Part shown: piece by piece, positions 37,110 through 44,436 of the stretch
Position numbering within the stretch: the first letter of the stretch is position 1
Layout of the letters: the number at the start of each line of letters is the position of its first letter
Assembly: GCA_965208105.1 (NCBI GenBank)
Contig: OZ242318.1
Span: 4,544,001-4,608,000 of the forward strand
Length of the DNA: 64,000 nucleotides
Source of the DNA: Candidatus Latescibacterota bacterium
Lineage (GTDB): Bacteria > Latescibacterota > UBA2968 > UBA8231
Direction: 5' to 3'
The notes under the pieces: model-generated
Databases searched by the model: none
What the model was told of the DNA's origin: nothing
What the model saw: the letters and a program-made list of their open reading frames with translations, nothing else
Translations under genes and position numbers: made by a program

Positions 37110-38492
37110 ATGCCTACTCAATTTCAAAGCCGCAGTCGTCTGTTCAAGTTTATCCTCCTGGCGGGGCTGCTGCACCTGATGCTTATCGTCGCGATTGGGG
37201 TGCGCACGATATATGAGGTCAAAGAGCCCACCATGTCGGGAAAGTTCGTCAAACGCCGGCCGCTGCAGCAGCCGGTATTGCGGCGCCCTCTGCTTCAACC
37301 TTCCCCCGTGCGCCGGCTGGAGCGCATTGTGGAGGCACCCCGCGCTTACTCCAGGGCCGTGGTCCAGCGAGCATTGAGCCCGGTTTCCCCCCGGTTGCTG
37401 TCGAGCCGCCATGTGCTGCCCTCGCTGCTGCCGAGACCCCTGCGACCGTCCGGTAGTTTTCGCGGCAGCGGCCGCCTGCGGTCCTCGGCGGCCGGGATCG
37501 AGATTCGGGCCGAAGACCACATGGACCTGGGTCTGGAACTGTTGGACGTGGACGCCTTCGATACGGGGCGTTATCGCGGCCTGGTGGTGCAGGACCCGAT
37601 GGACAAGCGCAAGCTGCAGGGTTTCGTGCGCTTCTCCGCGGTGGAGATACGTTCCGCCTCGGAGAATACGGCCGATCTCTTCTGGGGTCTGCCCGTTGCC
37701 GCGGCGCGCGCTATCGATCAAGGTGCCGCTTACTTTCCGGATTGGCGCCATTCGGCGAATGTTCGGGCGCTGCACAGCCTGGCGATGGAACTGGAGGCGG
37801 AGACCGAGTTGAGCGCCGTGGTGGACGAGAACGCCACCCTGGACGCACCTGAGGTCCTGTCCAGTCCGTTCATCATGCTGACCAGCATGGTGGAGTTCGA
37901 GCCGACGGAATCCGAAGTCGCCAAGCTGGGTCGTTATCTGACCTCGGGAGGTTTTGCCTACGTGGAGCAGGTGGGCTCGGATGTTCATGGACAGGTGACC
38001 GGGACCTATCCCGAGGTGATTTCCTTGCGTTCCCTGGTGCGCCGGGCACTCGCAACTCAGGGACTGCGAGAAGGTAGCGACTGGAGGTTCGAACCGCTGT
38101 CGCTGGACCATCCGCTTTTTCACAGCTATTTCGACATCCACACCCTGCCTGTCAACTACTGGCAGGCGACCTATGCCGATCGCGAAGGGGTTTCCGAGAA
38201 GCGTGGAGCCTCTCGATACCCTACCGATGAGTATATCCCGCACTATATAGAGGGGATTCACCTGGAAGGCCGGCTGGTGCTGGTGTATTCGCAGCAGAAC
38301 TACCGCGATTTCTGGTCGAAACGCCCGGAGCGGGCGCTGACCGAGTCGTCCCGATACCGGCTGACCGATTTCGTCCGAATGCCCCTCCATCGTCCGAGCA
38401 GCACGCCGGCCATTCGCCTGGGCATCAACGTGGTGGTCTACGCTCTGACCCAGGAAGGCTCCTTGGCTCGGCGCCTGGTCAAGGCGAAGTGA
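37110..38492 (+). CDS. DUF4159-like protein D1 with N-terminal TM anchor and Pro/Arg-rich linker
   Basis: PFIMLT, LGRYLTSGGF, DHPLFHSYF, GIHLEGRLVLVYS, AIRLGINVVVYALT; TM LLAGLLHLMLIVAIG. Confidence 0.7.
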   Translation: MPTQFQSRSRLFKFILLAGLLHLMLIVAIGVRTIYEVKEPTMSGKFVKRRPLQQPVLRRPLLQPSPVRRLERIVEAPRAYSRAVVQRALSPVSPRLLSSRHVLPSLLPRPLRPSGSFRGSGRLRSSAAGIEIRAEDHMDLGLELLDVDAFDTGRYRGLVVQDPMDKRKLQGFVRFSAVEIRSASENTADLFWGLPVAAARAIDQGAAYFPDWRHSANVRALHSLAMELEAETELSAVVDENATLDAPEVLSSPFIMLTSMVEFEPTESEVAKLGRYLTSGGFAYVEQVGSDVHGQVTGTYPEVISLRSLVRRALATQGLREGSDWRFEPLSLDHPLFHSYFDIHTLPVNYWQATYADREGVSEKRGASRYPTDEYIPHYIEGIHLEGRLVLVYSQQNYRDFWSKRPERALTESSRYRLTDFVRMPLHRPSSTPAIRLGINVVVYALTQEGSLARRLVKAK

Positions 38493-38673
38493 GTTTATTG
38501 AGCACCCATCAATCTCGAACAAACGTTGCTTAGAAATGAAACATATTGGGGTAGCTTTTGAGGGAAAGTCATTGAGCAGAAACCGATCGCCCGATGTATA
38601 CGAAAATCCTTAACCCCTGGTTTCCTTCAGAGCCACCTTGGGAGTAATTTTGAAGATCAGGAAGGAGGCGGCA

Positions 38674-39189
38674 ATGACGAAGTTCTCGCGCGTGGGATTT
38701 TTCATTCTCCTCTTGGCTGGCTGCTCTCGTTCCGGCCACCATCCTGAACCGATCGCTCCCCAGAATACGCGCTCGCCCTATGATGTAGAGGCACACGCGA
38801 TCAGGGTATACAAGACTGGTGTCCAGGGGCAGAAATCAGGACTGAAGGACCCTCAGGTAACGCTAAATATCGCAGATTCGATCGCTGCCCGAGTCCGTAT
38901 TTATTTGCGAAACGTGGGGCAGGCCGTTTTGCCGGAAGGATCTATGCACTACAAGGTCACGATAAATGACACACGGTTTTCAACTGACGGAGGATACGGT
39001 AATTCGACTCCAAAGAAACAAGAAAAATTTTTGATTATAACAATGCCAGTCAAAACTATCCTGCGCACTTACAAGTTGAACAAACCCGGTCGCTACGAGG
39101 TCGTGTTACGGGTTTGGCTTGACGAAGAATTGGGTGAAACAAATCTCGACAACAATGAGTTGATTCACTTCTTCCATGTGGAAGAATAG
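38674..39189 (+). CDS. CSRSGHHP lipoprotein L3
   Basis: AAGGAGG RBS; LAGC lipobox; PGRYEV, ETNLDNNE. Confidence 0.75.
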   Translation: MTKFSRVGFFILLLAGCSRSGHHPEPIAPQNTRSPYDVEAHAIRVYKTGVQGQKSGLKDPQVTLNIADSIAARVRIYLRNVGQAVLPEGSMHYKVTINDTRFSTDGGYGNSTPKKQEKFLIITMPVKTILRTYKLNKPGRYEVVLRVWLDEELGETNLDNNELIHFFHVEE

Positions 39190-39292
39190 AGGAGTTCGGG
39201 TTGGACCGGCGGACCACTCCAAGTTTTTTTCAATTGTTTTGATGTTGGAGAGTATTCTTTATGAAGAAAGCGATCGGATTTGAAGGGCTGAG

Positions 39293-39823
39293 ATGACAAG
39301 GATCTTACCTGTAGTTTCGGTTACTCTTCTTTTGGTTGGCTGCTCCCGCTCCGGGCATCATCCCGACCCCATAGCGCCGGTTCAGGCCAAGTCGGAGTAT
39401 GATATATGGGCAAAATCGGTTCGGGTGTACAAGGATTCAGCTGACGCCCACACCTACCGACGGGCACTGCCCCCTCAGCGAACTCTTAGTTTGGCAGACT
39501 CGACCTCTGCAATTGTCTATTATAGTATTCAAAACGTGGGGTCGGCCACGTTGCCGATAGGATCCATCCGCCACAGTATCACGATCAATGGCAAGCCGTT
39601 CGTACCTGATGGACACGACAATTTTCAACCAAAACCACCGGGGGGAAGTGCTTCGGGAGGGTACCCAGTCAAAAATTCCAATTTCACTGGACGCAAGTGG
39701 GGACGCAAGTTTAACAAACCCGGCCGCTACGAGGTCCGGCTTCAGGCTTGGCTTGACGAACGCTTTGGTGAAACGAATCTCGACGACAATGTGTTGGTTC
39801 ACTACGTCGATGTGAAAGAATAG
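39293..39823 (+). CDS. CSRSGHHP lipoprotein L4 (most divergent mature domain)
   Basis: LVGC lipobox; signal peptide identical to L6; ETNLDDN tail. Confidence 0.75.
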   Translation: MTRILPVVSVTLLLVGCSRSGHHPDPIAPVQAKSEYDIWAKSVRVYKDSADAHTYRRALPPQRTLSLADSTSAIVYYSIQNVGSATLPIGSIRHSITINGKPFVPDGHDNFQPKPPGGSASGGYPVKNSNFTGRKWGRKFNKPGRYEVRLQAWLDERFGETNLDDNVLVHYVDVKE

Positions 39824-39867
39824 AGGAGATCGGGTAGGACGGGTGAGTCGAGTCTAATCCCCAAACC

Positions 39868-39981
39868 ATGCGTACTCAATTTCACAGCCGCAGTCGTCTG
39901 TTCAAGTTCATCCTCCTGGCGGGGCTGCTGCACCTGCTGCTTGTCGTCGCGATTGGGGTGCGCACGATAGCGGAGGAATAA
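39868..39981 (+). pseudogene. Truncated third copy of the DUF4159-like gene (37 aa, TM anchor only)
   Basis: MRTQFHSRSRLFKFILLAGLLHLLLVVAIGVRTI-AEE-stop. About 100 nt nearly identical to 41272 onward, then an abrupt break. Confidence 0.8.
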
Positions 39982-40092
39982 CGGCTGTAGGTATACTCGC
40001 CACCATCTGACAATGAGTCGGATAAGCTGGAAGGCCGCATAGAGATTAATACCCTCTCACTCCACTGAAACTGGGCACTTGGGTGGCTTTTA

Positions 40093-40608
40093 ATGACGAA
40101 AATGGCATATGTGGTTTTTGCGCTTTTGGTTTTAATCGGCTGTTCACGTTCCGGCCACCATCCCGACCCGATCGCTCCCCAGAATACGCGCTCGCCCTAT
40201 GATATAGAGGCACACGCGATCAGGGTATACCAGACTGGGGTCCAGAGGCAGAAATCAGGACTGAAGGACCCTCAGGTAACGCTTAATATCGCAGATTCGA
40301 TCTCTGCCCAGGTCGGTATTTGGATGCGGAACGTGGGGCAGGCCGTTTTGCCGGAAGGCTCTATGCACTTCAAGGTCACGATAAATGACACACGGTTCTC
40401 AACTGACGGAGGATACGGTAATCCGGATCCAAGAAAGCCGGGGAAGTTTGAAATCTGGTTCCTTCCAGTCAAAACTATCCTGCGCACTTACAAGTTGAAC
40501 AAACCCGGTCGCTACGAGGTCGTGTTTCGGGTTTGGCTTGACGAAAAATTTGGTGAAACGAATCTCGACAACAATGAGTTGATTCACTTCTTCCATGTGG
40601 AAGAGTAG
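40093..40608 (+). CDS. CSRSGHHP lipoprotein L5 (close paralog of L3 and L6)
   Basis: LIGC lipobox; same framework as L3. Confidence 0.75.
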   Translation: MTKMAYVVFALLVLIGCSRSGHHPDPIAPQNTRSPYDIEAHAIRVYQTGVQRQKSGLKDPQVTLNIADSISAQVGIWMRNVGQAVLPEGSMHFKVTINDTRFSTDGGYGNPDPRKPGKFEIWFLPVKTILRTYKLNKPGRYEVVFRVWLDEKFGETNLDNNELIHFFHVEE

Positions 40609-40712
40609 AGGAGATCGGGTTTGACCGGTGGACCACTCCAAATTTTTTTCAAATTGTTATGATGCTGGAGAGTATTCTTTATGAAGATGGGGATCGGATT
40701 TGAAGGGCTGAG

Positions 40713-41228
40713 ATGACAAGGATCTTACCTGTAGTTTCGGTTACTCTTCTTTTGGTTGGCTGCTCCCGCTCCGGCCACCATCCTGAACCGATAGCTCCCC
40801 AGAATACGCGCTCGCCCTATGATATAGAGGCCCACGCCGTTAGGGTATACAAGACTGGGGTCCAAGGGCAGAAATCAGGACTGAAGGACCCTCAGGTAAC
40901 GCTTAATGTTGCAGATTCGATCGCTGCCCGGGTCGGTATTTGGATGCGGAACGTGGGGCAGGTCATTTTGCCGGAAGGATCTATGCACTACAAGGTCACG
41001 ATCAATGACAAGCGGCTCTCAACTGACGGAGGATACGGTAATTCGGCTCCAAAGAATCCGGGAAAGTTTCAAATCTACTACATTCCAGTCAAAACTATCC
41101 TGCGCACTTACAAGTTGAATAAACCCGGTCGCTACGAGGTCGTGTTTCGGGTTTGGCTTGACGAAGAATTTGGTGAAACGAATCTCGACAACAATGAGTT
41201 GATTCACTACTTCGATGTGGAAGAATAG
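40713..41228 (+). CDS. CSRSGHHP lipoprotein L6
   Basis: L4-type signal peptide joined to an L3/L5-type mature domain. Confidence 0.75.
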   Translation: MTRILPVVSVTLLLVGCSRSGHHPEPIAPQNTRSPYDIEAHAVRVYKTGVQGQKSGLKDPQVTLNVADSIAARVGIWMRNVGQVILPEGSMHYKVTINDKRLSTDGGYGNSAPKNPGKFQIYYIPVKTILRTYKLNKPGRYEVVFRVWLDEEFGETNLDNNELIHYFDVEE

Positions 41229-41271
41229 CGGAGATGGGGTTGGACCGGTGAATCGGTCTTTTCCCCACGCC

Positions 41272-42654
41272 ATGCGTACTCAATTTCACAGCCGCAGTCG
41301 TCTGTTCAAGTTCATCCTCCTGGCGGGGCTGCTGCACCTGCTGCTTATCGTCGCGATTGGGGTGCGCACGATATATGATGTCAAAGAGCCCACCATGTCG
41401 GGAAAGTTTGTCAAACGCCGGCCGCTGCAGCAGCCGGTTTTGCGGCGCCCTCTGCTTCAACCTTCCCCCGAGCGCCGGCTGGAGCGCATTGTGGAGGCGC
41501 CCCGCGCTTACTCCAGGGCCGTGGTCCAGCGAGCATTGAGCCCGGTTTCCCCCCGGTTGCTGTCGAGCCGCCATGTGCTGCCCTCGCTTCCTCCCAGACC
41601 CCTGCGACCGTCCGGCAGTTTTCGCGGCAGCGGCCGCCTGCGGTCCACGGCGGCCGGGATCGAGATTCAGGCGGAGGACCACATGGACCTGGGTCTGGAA
41701 CTGCTGGACGTGGACGCCTTCGATACGGGGCGTTATCGCGCCCTGGTGGTGCAGGACCCCATGGACAAGCGCAAGCTGCAGGGTTTCGTGCGCTTCACCG
41801 CGGTGGAGATCCGTTCCGCCTCGGAGAATCTGGCGGATCTCTTTTGGGGCATGCCCATAGCCGCGGCACGCAGTATCGATCGAGGTAGCGTGTACTGGCC
41901 GGATTGGCGCCATTCGGCGAATGTTCGGGCGCTGCACAGCCTGGCGATGGAGTTGGAGGCGGAGACCGGGTTGAGCGCCGTGGTGGACGAGAACATCACA
42001 CTGGACGCTCCGGAGGTGCTGACCAGTCCATTCATTATGCTGACCAGCCTTGTGGAATTCGAGCCGACGGAAACCGAGGTCGCCAAGCTGGGGCGCTATC
42101 TGACCTCGGGTGGTTTTGCCTACGTGGAGCAGGTTGGCTCGGACTCCCATGGACGGCAGAGCGGGACCTTTCCGGAGATCATTTCCTTGCGTTCCCTGGT
42201 GCGCCGTGCCCTGGCCTCCCAAGGGCTGGGCGAAGGCGGCGACTGGAGCTTCGAACCGCTGTCGATGGACCATCCCCTCTTCCACTGTTACTATGACATC
42301 GACACCCTGCCCCTCAACTTTTGGCAAGCGACTTACGTCGACCGGGAGGGGCAAACCGAGCGGTATGGCCAAAGTCGATATCCCACGGACGAGTACATCC
42401 CTCGCTATATCGAGGGAATTCACCTGAACGGCAGGCTGGTGCTGGTGTATTCGCAGCAGAACTATCGCGATTTCTGGTCGAAACGTCCGGAGCGAACGCT
42501 GACCGAGGCGTCAGAACACTTTCTGGCCAATTGGAATCAGGTGCCCTTCCATCGACCGAGCAGCATTCCGGCGATCCGCCTCGGCATCAACGTGATGGTC
42601 TACGCTCTGACCCAGGAAGGCTCCTTGGCCAGGCACCTGGTCATGGGGAGGTGA
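41272..42654 (+). CDS. DUF4159-like protein D2 (460 aa, colinear paralog of D1)
   Basis: ATG 41272 matches the D1 start; same length and motifs. Confidence 0.7.
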   Translation: MRTQFHSRSRLFKFILLAGLLHLLLIVAIGVRTIYDVKEPTMSGKFVKRRPLQQPVLRRPLLQPSPERRLERIVEAPRAYSRAVVQRALSPVSPRLLSSRHVLPSLPPRPLRPSGSFRGSGRLRSTAAGIEIQAEDHMDLGLELLDVDAFDTGRYRALVVQDPMDKRKLQGFVRFTAVEIRSASENLADLFWGMPIAAARSIDRGSVYWPDWRHSANVRALHSLAMELEAETGLSAVVDENITLDAPEVLTSPFIMLTSLVEFEPTETEVAKLGRYLTSGGFAYVEQVGSDSHGRQSGTFPEIISLRSLVRRALASQGLGEGGDWSFEPLSMDHPLFHCYYDIDTLPLNFWQATYVDREGQTERYGQSRYPTDEYIPRYIEGIHLNGRLVLVYSQQNYRDFWSKRPERTLTEASEHFLANWNQVPFHRPSSIPAIRLGINVMVYALTQEGSLARHLVMGR

Positions 42655-42701
42655 GCTATCAGCCCGGGTGGCAGGCTATTTCTCAATGGGTGTGCTTTGA
42701 G

Positions 42702-44423
42702 ATGAGAAGTAGATTTTCGGGTTCGTATATCTCGAGCAGATCAAGCTATGGAATTTTTCTCGTTGCGGCCTCGGTTTCCTTTTTGTTGGCCCAACCCTCA
42801 CTCGCGCAAGAATGGCTGAGTGAGGGAGAGGAAGGGTTTCTCCCTGGCAAGCTCGACGGACTGGAGATAACCAACGATGGGGATCTTCGCCTGACATCCT
42901 TCGAGGGGGTCAACTTCGCCCTGGGGATCGACACCTATTCCAATGGTACGGCCCTGGGGGCCGCGCTCACCGACGGAAACCTCGCCACCGAGTGGGATTT
43001 CGACGAGGATCCAAAGGTAGTCGGCAAGACCATCGACATCGATCTGGGCGGCAACCGGCTCGTCAACCAGGTGCGCATCTTGCCCGGCTCCGGGGCCGGT
43101 GCCGATAACCCGGAGTATTTCGTCAAAGGATACCGGGTCGAGATGGCCCCTGAAGAGGCGCCTGATGCGTTCGGTGTGGTGGCGGACAACCATGTCAATC
43201 GAGTCCCCCTGGTAGATACGAGCGCCGACGGTACCTGGCTGCGCTACGAAGACGGTGCTCCGGTTGCCACACTGGGAAGATACCTCCGGGTCACCATCAC
43301 ACGGCAGGATCTGCCCAATTGGGTGATCATCGGCGAGGTGGAAGTGTTCGGCACCGGGTTTCATGCCCGCGGCCAGTACTTGTCGGCCCTTCACGACTTC
43401 GGTGAACGGGTCAACGTTGGCGCCGGGTTTTTCCAAGCCGAGACCCCGCCTGGAACCCGGATGCACTTGCAGTTTCGAGCCGGTGTTGACCAGGACTACC
43501 TGCCGAGGTGGGATGATTTTCCCTTTTACGGCGTGGATGAGGGCAAGCGGGGTGTCTTTTTCCCTGTCCGCGATCCCTCCCGGTACATCCAGTACCGAGC
43601 CCTGCTGGAGACGGAGAATCCGTTCATCTCACCTGAGCTTAGCGAGGTGCGGGTGCAGTTCGACCCCCGGCTCGTTGCCCGGTCAGCCACCGGCAGAATC
43701 GATCCGCGTGAAGTGCCTGTGGGAGAGCCGGTGAGTCTCACCTACACTGCCGAGATTTATCTGGGCTCGGAGAACTACCCTCTGGACCTTTTGATCCTGG
43801 ACCGGCCTGGGAAGCTGGAAGAGATCTCCATGAGGTTGGCTGTGGTTCCTCCTGAGAAATACAGGACGCTGACGCCGCATGGTTCGCTGCAGGAAGACAA
43901 TCTGATCATCCAGCTCGACCCCGATCTCATCCGTTCAAGCGTCAGACAATTGGAAATTGTTTTCACCACCGTCTTCTTCATGGGCACCGAGGAAGTGAAT
44001 TTGTTCCTCGGGTCTTCGCTAGAAGGTTCCGACCCTGAAAACCTGCAGAAGGTCGCACCGCGGATAAAGGACGGCACGTTAGTGACCGTACTGGGTGCAG
44101 TCGACGAGCTTGTGCCTTCCGCCAGCGTGGCGATCCGGCCGCGGGTGTTCAGGCCGGACCGCGGCGGCGCTACGCGCATCGAGTTCGATCTGACCAAGGT
44201 ACTCGTGCCGGTGCCCGTGACGGTTACCATTCACGAGTTGTCCGGCCGCCGGGTTAGCACCGTGGTCGATCGCGAGATGTTGGCAGCTGGTGAGATCTCC
44301 ATCTCCTGGGACGGCTTCGACGACCACCGCGGGGTTCTCGCACCAGGGATCTACATGTGCAGGATCCGGGTCCACGCCCAGGAATCCGCGACCCTCGTTC
44401 GTTTCCTGGGCATCGCCTATTGA
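42702..44423 (+). CDS. Secreted discoidin/F5-8-like domain protein with C-terminal FlgD-like Ig domain
   Basis: Signal peptide; LTDGN..TEW, IDIDLGG, GRYLRVTI, IGEVEVFG; C-terminal IHELSGRRV...WDGFDD..GVLAPGIY. Confidence 0.7.
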   Translation: MRSRFSGSYISSRSSYGIFLVAASVSFLLAQPSLAQEWLSEGEEGFLPGKLDGLEITNDGDLRLTSFEGVNFALGIDTYSNGTALGAALTDGNLATEWDFDEDPKVVGKTIDIDLGGNRLVNQVRILPGSGAGADNPEYFVKGYRVEMAPEEAPDAFGVVADNHVNRVPLVDTSADGTWLRYEDGAPVATLGRYLRVTITRQDLPNWVIIGEVEVFGTGFHARGQYLSALHDFGERVNVGAGFFQAETPPGTRMHLQFRAGVDQDYLPRWDDFPFYGVDEGKRGVFFPVRDPSRYIQYRALLETENPFISPELSEVRVQFDPRLVARSATGRIDPREVPVGEPVSLTYTAEIYLGSENYPLDLLILDRPGKLEEISMRLAVVPPEKYRTLTPHGSLQEDNLIIQLDPDLIRSSVRQLEIVFTTVFFMGTEEVNLFLGSSLEGSDPENLQKVAPRIKDGTLVTVLGAVDELVPSASVAIRPRVFRPDRGGATRIEFDLTKVLVPVPVTVTIHELSGRRVSTVVDREMLAAGEISISWDGFDDHRGVLAPGIYMCRIRVHAQESATLVRFLGIAY

Positions 44424-44436
44424 CGCGAGGCGCAAT

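Noticed and set aside
35993-41271. CRISPR array or integron cassette array
   Set aside because: The repeats are coding paralog segments, not short equal-spaced direct repeats. No attC boxes or integrase recognised.
35993-42654. Diversity-generating retroelement as the source of variation
   Set aside because: No reverse transcriptase or template repeat in the window, and differences between copies are not confined to adenines.
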